Assembly (NCBI GenBank): GCA_054600435.1
Contig: BAAIJX010000016.1
Span: forward strand, 124,001 to 188,000
Direction: 5' to 3'
Origin: Neophaeotheca triangularis
Taxonomy: Eukaryota
DNA length: 64,000 nt
Position 1 is the first letter of the stretch, and the number at the start of each line of letters is the position of its first letter. A program made the position numbers and the translations under genes. The notes under the pieces are model-generated. The model worked only from the letters and a program-made list of their open reading frames with translations. It ran no database searches and was not told where the DNA came from. Shown here piece after piece: positions 32,529-43,243 of this stretch.

Positions 32529-33875
32529 ATGAAGTCATTCATCGGTCTCACAACGCTCGCCGGGCTGGCCCTGGCTGTGCCAGTTCCTCAAGCTGACGAG
32601 GGCGCTGTAGGTGCTCATGTACTGCAAACTGCCCTGACGATCCTTACTAAAGTTTGAACAGACTGGTGGATCCGGGCCATACTCAGCTGTGAGACAGACA
32701 TTCAAGCGGCCCTGCTTCTGACTATCCTGACCCAAGAAACAGCGATACACCACCGACGACAGTCTTCCAGGTAAGCAAATCTACAAATTGCATGGCCGCA
32801 ATACGCCAAGTAACTTCCCACGCGGTGTCCCAGATCCAGCATCCCTTACTTTCCCTCTTCTCCGCTTGCGAAGCCGCCTGCTGACCCTCTTACCTGATTG
32901 TTAGAACACACCATCTACGTCCCTGTAGACACTCCGGAGGCCGCGATGCCCGTTCTAGTGTGGGGCCAAGGCGCATGCTCTGGCAATGGCGCCGCCAACG
33001 CGGAGTTTCTGCTCGAGATTGCCTCGCACGGTTTCCTCGTCATCGCCAGCGGTGCGCCTTTTGGAGAGGGCTCGACCGTCGCGCAGCAAATGACCGACTC
33101 GATCATCTGGGCCGCATCGGAGTCCGCGTCGGCATTCGGCAATGTTGACGGGACAAGCGTTGCGGCCGCTGGCACCAGCTGCGGTGGTACGTCTTCTTGC
33201 TGTTGTCAAGCCTGAGGCGACCGACGACGCTAATACTTCTTGGGCAGGTCTTGAGGCCTACGAGCAGAACGATCAAGAGAACATCAGGAGCTTGGGTATC
33301 TTCAACAGCGGCTTCTACGACGCTGGCCCCGAGATCGACGCCATCACCAAGCCGACCTTCTACTTTGTGGGCGGACCTGCGGACATTGCCTACGAGAATG
33401 TGAGTCTGACAGTAACACGTCCTGTGCCACGCGAACCCAGAATTGACTTTTTGTGCAGAGCGTACGCGACTACGCCGCCCTCACTGGCGTACCCAAGTGG
33501 ATCGGCAACGTCGAAGTTGGGCATGGCGGTACTTTCATGGAGCCCAATGGCGGCGCCTATGGAAAAGCCGCTGTAGCCTGGCTGCAGTGGACCCTACAGG
33601 GCAGCGCCCAAGGTGCAGAGTACTTTGAGAGTGGTCTAGAGGCTGACGGTTGGACTGGCGTGGAGAGTGAGGGCCTGGAAGGGCTCGCGATTGGTGGCGC
33701 TCCAGGTGACGTTGGACGCTCCTCTCCAACCGATGCGACTACTCCTGCCGTTGGTGCCTCGTCGCCGTCCCCGACCGAGATCGTGGCACCTGGCAGCTCC
33801 ATGCCAACGGCGGACGCGTCGCCGAGCGCAACCGGCGGGATGGGAGACTGTGGGGTAGTATATGTCGAGGTCTGA
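32529..33875 (+). CDS. Secreted alpha/beta-hydrolase (chlorophyllase/cutinase-like esterase) with an S/T/P-rich C-terminal linker; about 6 exons
   Basis: Signal peptide MKSFIGLTTLAGLALAVP, then TGGSGPYSA, HTIYVP...PVLVWGQGAC...FLLEIASHGFLVIASG. Nucleophile elbow AGTSCGG|LEA, acid in GGPADIAYEN, His in GHGGT. Canonical GT-AG introns lie between these segments. Confidence 0.85.
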
Positions 33876-33968
33876 GGATAAGATGCATGACAAGATACTG
33901 TTGGTGCTGGGCGCCGGTAGTAGAGAGTGGAGGGAGCAGTTCTGCGGAGGTACTCCGTGCACAATCTC

Positions 33969-34095
33969 CTTCGTGCCGTACCTTTCTTTCCTTCGTGGAC
34001 TCCCCCCTTTTCGTAGCGTGCCTCTTCTCTCAGTAGGATGCCTCTCCTTGTAGCATACTTCGCTTCTTCGTAGCGTACCTCTTATCGTAGCGTAT
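33969..34095. repeat. Degenerate tandem minisatellite, core tcgtagcgtRcctct
   Basis: Imperfect copies: ttcgtgccgtacct, ttcgtagcgtgcctct, cagtaggatgcctct, ttgtagcatact, ttcgtagcgtacctct, tcgtagcgtat. Confidence 0.6.
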
Positions 34096-34426
34096 GTGAT
34101 GAATTCGTTGCTTGTCATGTAATGTGCAGTCGCTGCATCCTCAGGAGGTGATGTTGGAATGGTTGCGATACTCGTCAGCCAAAAAAATTGGTACTCGGTG
34201 ACAAAAGTTTCAGCCCGAGACAGACTAGGGCTCACGGGTACTCTCTCCGGATATATGCCAAGATTTCTCGTCGAAGAATTATTTCCCAAAGCGCAAGCAT
34301 TTGAAGATTAAACCTTCGAGCTTACCACCAGTACCCTACGCATCCGATATCTCAAGACGAGCCTGAGATTTCCAAAACACACCTCACCTAGGAGATGGAG
34401 AAGCAGTGAATCATACAACACAAACC

Positions 34427-37400
34427 ATGGCGACGGCTCTCCAGCAGCAACTTGCTGCCATCGCAGCCAACAGCACCCAACAGCTGGACCTCAAGGCGCA
34501 AAAAGGTCGCCATAGCAAATCGCTTCTCTTCGAACCACGCGATGCGGCTTCTCAGAGCTTCGATACGATATTTCAGATATGCAACGAGGGATTCGAGGAG
34601 CTCTGCATGCTCGATGGCAGATTCATGCCCTTTGCGCGCAATCTCTTCAGCGAGCAAAGCAAGATTGAGGATAGGACACAATTGATGGCCAAAGAAAACG
34701 AAGAGTTGGACAGAGTATTAGAGAGCTTCTTGGGCTTGGTAGGCGGGCGGCTACTCCTCAAACCTGGATTGAAGGCAATCGAGTGGCTGGTGAGACGATT
34801 CCGAGTCCAGGAATACAATACCGAGGCCGTCCTCTTGACCTTCCTTCCGTACCATACATCGCACATCTTCACGACCCTACTTTCGATCCTGCCCGAACAA
34901 TTGCCACCCAACTTCCGCTTTCTCAACCCCTACATCAAGTCTTTGCAGAGCCCGCCCCGACACGCGATCTTGACCGCAACCACGAACAACCCCGGACTCT
35001 TCACTGCCTTCAGCCAGTACACACTCCGAGTGGCAAAGGCAAGACATCAATCCGCTGTGCTCGTGGGCTTCTGGGCCAGTATCACAGCTCAAGCGGTCAA
35101 TGGGATGATAGATGCCTCCAGATCAGGACGCGAAAACGTACGCAAGCAAAGAGAAGAGGATCTGCTTTTGAGAGTTCTGCCCATACTACAATCTGCGCTC
35201 AGCATCGGCGAAGTGCCCGAACTATACCTGAGCGCGTGCATGATCATGACCATCCTCGTCACCAGAGCCGAACTTCAGGATAAGGCGATCAATGCCATGA
35301 TGCAAGCCGTGGCTGGCTCGTGGACCTCGCAAACTATTGACGACGGCTTTGTATGTCTGGCAATCATGGCAGAGGAGCGCCAGCAACTGAGTCTGCCTGC
35401 GCCGGTCATGCGAGCCTTGCTTTCAAGCGAGCTGCCAGTGGAGCGTATGCAGCGCCTGTCCCGAGCCCACCGTTTTGACAGACTCGCGTTGTCGACAGCC
35501 ACCAATGCTCTGGATCTACACGGTCGCGAAGACGACAACGCAAGGTTATCTGTCGCGGCATCTCTTCTGGAGCTCGGGTTGCTACAGGGCTCACACCTCA
35601 AGCGATTCTGCATGCATCTTATCACGACTGCAACCGAGCGCGCACCAATACTGGATAACGGCTCGAGCCAAAAGCTTGTTACGCTGTTGAGCAACACACT
35701 CGAGCTACCTGGGGCGCAGGAGACTCTCCAACAGGCCGGATACACCGTACAACAACTGGAAACCAGCCTCTCCGCTTCGTTTAAGCTTGCTGCGATCGCG
35801 GAAGCGCCCGTGGAGGACACCGATGCGATGGATGTAGACGGCAAGAACAACACAGACGGCGCTCTCGACAAGATACTGGAACAGCTTCCCAACCCTGAGG
35901 AGGGACACTCATTCCTCGGGCCGAACAGCACGGATACGTTTGACATTTTCCACAACGCCTTCCTTGCCGCATACTCCTCAGAAACTCATCTCAGCCAGCT
36001 TTTCAGCAAGCCAGCCTTGCGCAGGAAACGCTGCTTGGAGCAACCGGGACTGCTCTCTTTTCTCGCTCGGACGTGGTCTTCGGCGCTCACTCCTTTACCA
36101 ATCAAAGTCAAAGCTCTGGCAACTGCGCTGGAAGCATCGCAGAGCAAGAAAGATGCTCACGTGGATATGCAAGCTCTGCTTCCTTACATACTTGCTGCCT
36201 TATCCGACCCAATGCAGAGCGTCAGGAACGCAGCCGCCCAGCTGGCTCTCCACGTCGACGGAATGTATGGCGCGGGCAACGAAAAGTCAACAGTCAGTAA
36301 GGATCTGACCGTCTGGGCGAAGGATTCCCTCTACGGCGCAGAATCAGCCAAGATCAAATGGCTCCCTTCGAATGATGCCCACAAGTTTTTCGCTACCGCG
36401 GTCAAGCCGTTTCTGGAGGAGTGTGTGCTGGACGGCTCTTTTGTGATACGCGCCCTGACCGATGCGCTCGATGGATCAACCCACGTTCAGTCGACGAGCT
36501 CCGAAGGGAGGCATTTGAAGAGCGCTTTGAGGGAAAGTGCGTGTAGCTCGTTAGCAACACACGTCGCTGTTACACCTTCTATCCAGGCGAAAATGAGAAT
36601 TCTCCAAGTGTTGAACAACGTTGGCAAGCCTGCCGTCGGTGCGAGAACCCAGATTATGGTCCCCTTCGTGAAGACTTGGGCCGCTCAGGGAGGTGGTACA
36701 GCCACAACGATTTGTGAATCTCAAGGTGCAAACATTGTGGAAGTCAACAAAGCTATCTTGAGTAGCCTGTCGCACCGGAGTGCCGATGAGCTTCAGCTTT
36801 TGAAAGACATAGCAAGCGGAGAGATGGGTGAAGAGGGACGACTTCCAGCTTTGGCCATCAAGCAGCTTGCGCACCTCTGGCGATCAATGAAGACGAATTC
36901 CCAGATTGCGTTGGCAGACTTCCTCGTGGAGACTGCGTTGGAGCCTTCGGCCTCAAGCGACACTACACCCATCCAGGCCGAGTCCATGGACACCTTGAGG
37001 AACCTCCGGTTGCCGACCGAAGTAGTTGTGCATCTTGTTGAGAGCCTACCCAATGTTGGTGATTCATGCGAGCCGAACCCTGCCAAGAAACGAAGGACAA
37101 GTAAAGGTATGGAGACCACGAACCGCAATGCCATGGACGCGACGAAGGCCAACGAGGCTATCAAGAGGATCACAGTCGTCCTGGAGCTAGTTGAAAGCTC
37201 GAAGCCAGAGCAACACCCGCAATTGCTCAAGGGCCTTTTCCATCTCTTGAGCGAACTTCACCATTACGCCACTGCCTTGGGGTCAGACTTGACCTATCTT
37301 CAAGGCGTCCTGCTCGGTTGCATCCTTTCTGTTGTGAAAGGACTGCAATCTTCGCCAAACCAAGAGATCGACCGATCGGTGATTCGTGCAGATCTTATTG

Positions 37401-39829
37401 TCGAGTGTGTGAGATCCACCGCCAACAGCCAGGTTCACAATGCCGCGCTGCTGCTCATCTCAAACCTGGCATCGTGGGCGCCGGATCTCGTCTTGCACAG
37501 CGTGATGCCCATCTTCACCTTCATGAGCACCACACTCCTTCGCCAGAGCGATGATTACTCGGCACATGTTACCAACCAGACAGTAGCTCGCGTTGTTCCA
37601 CCGCTTGCGGCATCGCTGAAGAAGCGCGGTAAAGACCTAATTACTGGTGCCTCGGAACTTCTGTTGAGCTTCACTGCTGCGTTCGAACATATCCCTCTCC
37701 ACAGACGCCCTGGCCTTTTCGAGCACTTGATTCAGACTCTTGGCCCCAGCGAGTCACTCTATGCACTCATGGCCATGCTGGTCGTCAGATATCCCTTGGA
37801 CCAGGGTCTGCAGACGTTCCTTCAAGACTTGATGACAAATTTTGATGTGACAGTACAGCTGTCAGCTGCAAGGCAATATATGGACCTGATGGCGGATGCC
37901 CGAAAGCCCAAACGCAACATATCCGACCTGATCTTGGGCTATGGCGATATGGACGACGAAGAGAGGCACGACTCAACGGTCACGCTTGTCGAGCAACTTG
38001 CGAACATATTGAAGAGCAAGACTTTGCACAAGCAAATTGCCAGGGCTCTCTCCAAAGACGACAAGACCGCAGAGACCCTTCGAGCTACCTACGCGCAGCT
38101 CTTGGAAAGAGTCCTACAACTCACTGGACCTGGGGATGTGGACGAAGAGCTCAAGGCAGGTGCGGATGCCCTGCTCTCGTCCTTGCTCAGCCTCTTCCCC
38201 ACAAAGGACTTCATCGAATCAAGTGCGCAGCTCGTCGTCACTGGAAGCCCTGAGATCCGCGAGCAGGTATTCAGCTCGTTGGAGGCCAGAGCCAGAGCTG
38301 CGAGGCGCTCGAACACCGCTGAAGCCGAAGTCTTCCTTGAAGCATTGCCCAACTGCATGGCATTCATCCGCAGCGATCAACCATATGCTCTGCGTCATGC
38401 TGCTATCAACTGCATCGACCAGATAGTCGACAAGTATGGCAAGCTTGACAAGTCGGCTGTGCTTGAAGTGGCCGAGGCAGTTGCTGGCGAGGCCGCTCTT
38501 GGGTGCGCTGACAAGTCTTCTACTGGCGAGACTGAAGAAGGTCGACTTCGCAATGCGTCCATTCTATGTCTTGCCTCCATGGTCGAAGTTCTGCAAGACG
38601 ACTTCATCCCGATCCTGCCCAAGGTCCTGACAAAAGTATTGGATTACCAAGATGAAAATGCCGAATTCGGATACCATGAAAGTATAGACGGTCGCGACTT
38701 CGCTGTGCAAGAGCCAGCCTTTGCGCTACACATCGCCATTCTGGACAATATACCCTGGATGTTCTCATCGGAATATCTGGACAGAGCTCTCGCTCTCGGG
38801 TGGCACTTAGCACGTATTGATGCCGTGGCCCCGGCTGAATTTTCGCGTCTGGCCGCACGCAAGGTCAAGGCTGAAGAGTACTTCGAGAGCGCGGATCAAG
38901 TCCTCCGCCAGATGGACAGGGATGTCAATGAAGTTTCTCGGTGCATCGATTCGGTGCACCTCGCCATCAAGCATCACACAAAGCCGACTATTGCCAAGTG
39001 CGCATCCACACTGTTCCACTTCCTCCTAGAAGCCTTCGACCTGCGACGGCAGACGTGGGAGGACACGGCCGATGAGGATTTCAAGGAAGAATGGATGGAG
39101 ACCTATCCGAAGGTAGACGCTCTGGCCCTGGATATGACACTGAAACTCAGCGACGCCACCTTTCGACCTTTCTTCATTCGTCTCAAAGACTGGGTCGAGG
39201 CAGTTTTTGACAACCGACAGGAGTATCGCGACAGCCGTGCTTTGAGTTTCTGGAGCTTCGTCCTGACTCTTTCCGAGCAACTCAAATCCATTGTCACAAA
39301 CTACGCGAGTGTTGTACTCGAGGACTTGAAGATCCTCACGCAGCTCAAGGGTGAAAACGAGACGCAGCGCTACCTGGCTTCCACTATCGTGCAAACGTTG
39401 ACGTCGTTCTTCAACCACGACCAGGACGATTTCTGGCAAGCGCCGCAGCATTTCGAGGCCGCCGCGCAGGCTCTGTTGCCCCTTCTCGCCAGCAGGGAAA
39501 CACTCGCGCTTCCGCGTGAGACTTTAATCTCTGCTGTTGAGGAGCTCGCCGTCGCTGCCGCATCCCGCGAGCATTTGAAGGAAATGAACACGCAGTTGCT
39601 GGAGTACATGAGGCACGAGGAGGCGGGAGTAAGGGCTTTGGTGGTGGAGTGCCAGCGAGCTCTGACGCAGAGACTGCAAATGGACTGGCTGGAAATGCTT
39701 CCGCAGATGATTCCGCCGATTAGTGAAGGCCAGGAGGACGAGGACGAGAATGTCGAGAGGTTGGTAATGGCCTGGGTGACGGATATTGAGGAAGTGACGG
39801 GCGAGAGTTTGCAAGAGATGTTGAGGTAG
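34427..39829 (+). CDS. UTP10: U3 snoRNA-associated protein 10 (HEATR1), SSU processome t-UTP subunit
   Basis: About 1800-aa intronless ORF. N-terminus MATALQQQLAAIAANSTQQLDLKAQKGRHSKSLLFEPRDAA...KAIEWLVRRFRVQEYN. C-terminal BP28CT-like LKLSDATFRPFF and EDEDENVE...IEEVTGESL. Confidence 0.96.
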   Translation: MATALQQQLAAIAANSTQQLDLKAQKGRHSKSLLFEPRDAASQSFDTIFQICNEGFEELCMLDGRFMPFARNLFSEQSKIEDRTQLMAKENEELDRVLESFLGLVGGRLLLKPGLKAIEWLVRRFRVQEYNTEAVLLTFLPYHTSHIFTTLLSILPEQLPPNFRFLNPYIKSLQSPPRHAILTATTNNPGLFTAFSQYTLRVAKARHQSAVLVGFWASITAQAVNGMIDASRSGRENVRKQREEDLLLRVLPILQSALSIGEVPELYLSACMIMTILVTRAELQDKAINAMMQAVAGSWTSQTIDDGFVCLAIMAEERQQLSLPAPVMRALLSSELPVERMQRLSRAHRFDRLALSTATNALDLHGREDDNARLSVAASLLELGLLQGSHLKRFCMHLITTATERAPILDNGSSQKLVTLLSNTLELPGAQETLQQAGYTVQQLETSLSASFKLAAIAEAPVEDTDAMDVDGKNNTDGALDKILEQLPNPEEGHSFLGPNSTDTFDIFHNAFLAAYSSETHLSQLFSKPALRRKRCLEQPGLLSFLARTWSSALTPLPIKVKALATALEASQSKKDAHVDMQALLPYILAALSDPMQSVRNAAAQLALHVDGMYGAGNEKSTVSKDLTVWAKDSLYGAESAKIKWLPSNDAHKFFATAVKPFLEECVLDGSFVIRALTDALDGSTHVQSTSSEGRHLKSALRESACSSLATHVAVTPSIQAKMRILQVLNNVGKPAVGARTQIMVPFVKTWAAQGGGTATTICESQGANIVEVNKAILSSLSHRSADELQLLKDIASGEMGEEGRLPALAIKQLAHLWRSMKTNSQIALADFLVETALEPSASSDTTPIQAESMDTLRNLRLPTEVVVHLVESLPNVGDSCEPNPAKKRRTSKGMETTNRNAMDATKANEAIKRITVVLELVESSKPEQHPQLLKGLFHLLSELHHYATALGSDLTYLQGVLLGCILSVVKGLQSSPNQEIDRSVIRADLIVECVRSTANSQVHNAALLLISNLASWAPDLVLHSVMPIFTFMSTTLLRQSDDYSAHVTNQTVARVVPPLAASLKKRGKDLITGASELLLSFTAAFEHIPLHRRPGLFEHLIQTLGPSESLYALMAMLVVRYPLDQGLQTFLQDLMTNFDVTVQLSAARQYMDLMADARKPKRNISDLILGYGDMDDEERHDSTVTLVEQLANILKSKTLHKQIARALSKDDKTAETLRATYAQLLERVLQLTGPGDVDEELKAGADALLSSLLSLFPTKDFIESSAQLVVTGSPEIREQVFSSLEARARAARRSNTAEAEVFLEALPNCMAFIRSDQPYALRHAAINCIDQIVDKYGKLDKSAVLEVAEAVAGEAALGCADKSSTGETEEGRLRNASILCLASMVEVLQDDFIPILPKVLTKVLDYQDENAEFGYHESIDGRDFAVQEPAFALHIAILDNIPWMFSSEYLDRALALGWHLARIDAVAPAEFSRLAARKVKAEEYFESADQVLRQMDRDVNEVSRCIDSVHLAIKHHTKPTIAKCASTLFHFLLEAFDLRRQTWEDTADEDFKEEWMETYPKVDALALDMTLKLSDATFRPFFIRLKDWVEAVFDNRQEYRDSRALSFWSFVLTLSEQLKSIVTNYASVVLEDLKILTQLKGENETQRYLASTIVQTLTSFFNHDQDDFWQAPQHFEAAAQALLPLLASRETLALPRETLISAVEELAVAAASREHLKEMNTQLLEYMRHEEAGVRALVVECQRALTQRLQMDWLEMLPQMIPPISEGQEDEDENVERLVMAWVTDIEEVTGESLQEMLR

Positions 39830-39917
39830 AGAGCAACGGGGTTTAGGTAGTGTATCAATAATACAGAATCTGTTACTAATAGGCATTGTTACATGTTAGT
39901 AGTCTACATCGCCAGGC

Positions 39918-42833
39918 TCACCCATCTCGAGAAGACTCCGACAACTGCGTCGGGAACGAACTGCCGCCTTTCGTCGTGATCAGCACCTCCGGATCCAGGA
40001 TGCCCTCTTCCGCCAACAATCCCGTGTCGACTACAAACTGCCAAAAGCTCCTCTGCCCAGACATCCCCAGCATCCCCGCCCTCCCTACCAACTTCCCTCC
40101 ATTCTCGCTCCGCACGTCGTCCACGATCCCCCGCAGTCTCGCCCAATCGTTGCGCTCCGCCAGAGCGCGCGCCACATGCTCCAGCGCCCGCCAGGAAATT
40201 CGCTTCCCCTCACGCGACATCCTTTGCAAGAACATGAGCATGGGCCCCGTTCCCACGGCCGCGTGGTGCGTGGCGTAGTTCTCGACCATGCGGTCGTAGA
40301 AGACGACATCTAGGGGCACGGAAAAGCCGGTGCCGGTGTTCTGCGTCTGGTTCCAGAGATTCTCGACCGCCTCGAAATCCGGCGGGTCGCGGGCGAAGTA
40401 CGAGGTCATGAGAATGGTGTAGACGTGGGGGCTCGGCTGGATGCCCTTTTGCAGCATGTGGCTGAGTACGCTCTGCGCGGCTTGTGAGTTGGAATACAGT
40501 TTGAGCAGGCGGTCGATGATGAGGGCGTAGGATTTCTGGTTGGTGGTGACGCCCGTGCCGTCTTCGATTGAGGTTAGCAGGGCGGTGATTTTGGTTTCTT
40601 GTTCGGCGTGCGAGAGGTTGTCGAGGAAGCCGGATTCAAAGAGCGCGGTTACGAGAACTGTGGAGGTTGTGCCGTCGGGTTGGACGCCTTTGGTTTGCAT
40701 GCGGGAAAGCAGGGCGAGGGCTTCGTCGACGCGCGCGTGCCGCATGCTGACATTGAGGAGGGCATTGTAGGTGGTGAGGTCGGGCTCGATGCCGAAAGCG
40801 CGGCCCCATTTCAGAACGCTGGGGATGTCTCCGTCTGATTTTGCTGCTAGAGCGGTCACGGCGGCATTGAAAGATGTTACGTTTGGCTTTGCCACGCCGT
40901 TTACCTCCCCCGTGTACTGGGACCATTCAATAGGGGATGCGGAAGCCTTTGATGAAGCTCGTCGTTTGCCAGAGCTGGGAGTGTGGTCTTTCCCGTGCTG
41001 CTTGACCACAGCGTCTATCCATTCGTCGCCCATCTCTTGCAGTGCCTGGCGACCCTTGTGTGTGAGGCCTGCCCTGAAAAGTCCGTAAATCCGTGTTGTC
41101 CATGCATGGTTGTCCGGTTGCAAGCCATTAGAGCGCATACGGCCCCACAAGCCCTCCATGGCGTTGACGTCCTTACCATACTGAGTGCCGCGCATCATGA
41201 CTACATACGTATGGACTCTGGGCTGGAGGCCAGCTTTTGTCATACTGTTCCACACCTCTATGGCAATTCCGGGTTGGCGCATCGCAAGGAAAGCCAGCAT
41301 GAGGTGTTCGTACATGTAAATTGGGAGAGGGCTCGAATATGATTGCACTTCTTTCCAGACTTGTTCGATGCGAGATAAATCCTGCTTTTCCATTCCCCTC
41401 CCTAGACGTTTGATTCGAAATATAACCCAATGATTGGTTCCACTGTATACCCCAGCGGACGCATTGTCACCCTCAATCTCTGTACGGATGTCAGCCAGGC
41501 TGTCTGAATTCATGGCCAAGTCGGTAGAGCCATCTTCGTTGGCATTTTCCTCGGATTGGTGCCGGCGCGGCCTTGTAGGTTTGTCTTCCTGTCGAAGAGA
41601 AGCTACTTCTTCGGCAATTGGCATCTTGATGCCATACTTATCTATAGCAGCCTGATAAAAGACCTGGATTCTCTCGTTGACTTTGAGAATCATGGTCTTG
41701 AAAAAGTGAGGGGGTGCAAGCGTGGAGGTGGATGCTTCCATGACCGACTGTAAAAGGTCTATGAAAGGCGCATGTTGGGGAAACACAGTGCGTGTGTCCC
41801 TCGACAGATCGGGAGACCTTGGTCCGGTTTGACTCAGGCTGGCAAGCGTGAGGATAGCGGCAGCCGTGAAATCGCTGTTCTCTCGCACTGAAACGTTTGT
41901 GGATCCCGTGGGAGGAGTCAGCCAGCTTATGGCGTGCTCAAAGAGTCGGCTCGGGTTGTGTGTTGAAGATTCTTTTATCACCACGTCGGCTGAGGGCAAG
42001 AAGGACCAGTCAAACGCGGCATCATCGTCCATGACTTGGAGCGGTGCGTTGGGTAGACAGTGCATCTTCACACAGGTGTGCCATATTCTCAACGTTTCCC
42101 CAATCAGTCTATCGTGTGCTCCCGGCTTCAAGACACCGTTCACTGGGTGCACATAAGCCCACTGTGCGAGCCTCAACACAACCCAAGACATGGTGTTGCC
42201 ATTCATCAAGTCCAGGCGCCGCATATACTCCACAATTTGCGCAGGGGTCTCCAAGTCGAGTATCACATCTTGATGTATTATCGGCTCTTGCGGTTTGGTT
42301 TCGACATTTTCAGTCTCGAAATGCTGGTAGGCCCACCGCCATAACAATTTGTGCAGTATCTTGCAGGTGGCTTGCGTTCCTGCAGTACTAGGGAGAATCG
42401 TCTGTCGCTCAGCTGGTGGGAGTCGTTCGAAATATTGCAATCCAGAGAGAAGTGCGGATCCTTCTTTCTCGTTGGCTGCGGCTTTCAGTCGTTTTAGCGT
42501 ACTAGTATCGCGCTGTTGCCGCGTCTCATCTTCCACGAATATGCTGGATGGCCGCTCCAGCGTAGGTGTCGGCTGTGGTGCAGGCTTGCGGGGGCCATCT
42601 CTTCTTCGGTCTGTCTCGCGGACCGAGCCAAGTAATTCTTCTGGCTTCAGGGGCTGACGTGAATATCTTCCTTCCCTGCCAAATCTTCGCTCCCCTTGAG
42701 AGGACGCTTCGTTGACCTGGGATCGAGGACTGGCATACGATATTCTTTGTATTTGAGACACTCGGGTTACGGATGAAACGTGCGGTCTCTTCAAGCTCTC
42801 TCTGCAAGCCCGGCAAATGTACGCTGGAGCCAT
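39918..42833 (-). CDS. Mitochondrial pentatricopeptide repeat (PPR) protein
   Basis: 971-aa ORF with a basic presequence (MAPAYICRACRES...) and PPR repeats (GLQPRVHTYVVMM, GLQPDNHAWTT, PNVTSFNAAV, GIEPDLTTYNALL, GIQPSPHVYTILMTSY). Confidence 0.9.
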   Translation of the reverse strand: MAPAYICRACRESLKRPHVSSVTRVSQIQRISYASPRSQVNEASSQGERRFGREGRYSRQPLKPEELLGSVRETDRRRDGPRKPAPQPTPTLERPSSIFVEDETRQQRDTSTLKRLKAAANEKEGSALLSGLQYFERLPPAERQTILPSTAGTQATCKILHKLLWRWAYQHFETENVETKPQEPIIHQDVILDLETPAQIVEYMRRLDLMNGNTMSWVVLRLAQWAYVHPVNGVLKPGAHDRLIGETLRIWHTCVKMHCLPNAPLQVMDDDAAFDWSFLPSADVVIKESSTHNPSRLFEHAISWLTPPTGSTNVSVRENSDFTAAAILTLASLSQTGPRSPDLSRDTRTVFPQHAPFIDLLQSVMEASTSTLAPPHFFKTMILKVNERIQVFYQAAIDKYGIKMPIAEEVASLRQEDKPTRPRRHQSEENANEDGSTDLAMNSDSLADIRTEIEGDNASAGVYSGTNHWVIFRIKRLGRGMEKQDLSRIEQVWKEVQSYSSPLPIYMYEHLMLAFLAMRQPGIAIEVWNSMTKAGLQPRVHTYVVMMRGTQYGKDVNAMEGLWGRMRSNGLQPDNHAWTTRIYGLFRAGLTHKGRQALQEMGDEWIDAVVKQHGKDHTPSSGKRRASSKASASPIEWSQYTGEVNGVAKPNVTSFNAAVTALAAKSDGDIPSVLKWGRAFGIEPDLTTYNALLNVSMRHARVDEALALLSRMQTKGVQPDGTTSTVLVTALFESGFLDNLSHAEQETKITALLTSIEDGTGVTTNQKSYALIIDRLLKLYSNSQAAQSVLSHMLQKGIQPSPHVYTILMTSYFARDPPDFEAVENLWNQTQNTGTGFSVPLDVVFYDRMVENYATHHAAVGTGPMLMFLQRMSREGKRISWRALEHVARALAERNDWARLRGIVDDVRSENGGKLVGRAGMLGMSGQRSFWQFVVDTGLLAEEGILDPEVLITTKGGSSFPTQLSESSRDG

Positions 42834-43243
42834 TGTAGGTCCATAGCAAAATGTAAGCTTGGTTGGTCCAATGGCGTGCAGTCAGTTTGGCTTCCTAAAG
42901 GGGATGTACGCCGCGATTGCCGTTCTATCGGTTACCGACAGGGCCTCACGATACGACTTAAGGTTAGTCTTGCGGTAAAGCAAAGAACTTGTTGATGTGA
43001 TTGGCCTGAGGCTAGGTCACGCTAGCTCAGGGCTGCACTGGAGGTGTTAGATGGTCACGTGCTATGTCACATGACGCGGCTTGGCGAAGCCACTCCTACT
43101 TCTTCGTGTCTCCGTAGCTACCTACATACTTCTGAATACTATGACACTTCATACCATTCAACAGAATTGCTGCCCCGTAGACAAACATGAAATATCCTTT
43201 CTAGAATTGGAACTATATTTCTCACAACAGTCTCCCACTCAGC

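Noticed and set aside
33969..34095. CRISPR-like array
   Set aside because: Repeats are short, degenerate and lack unique spacers. The context is eukaryotic and has no cas genes.
34406..34426. GTG start for UTP10 from the ORF track
   Set aside because: The ATG at 34427, in good Kozak context (ACCATGG), matches the conserved N-terminus.
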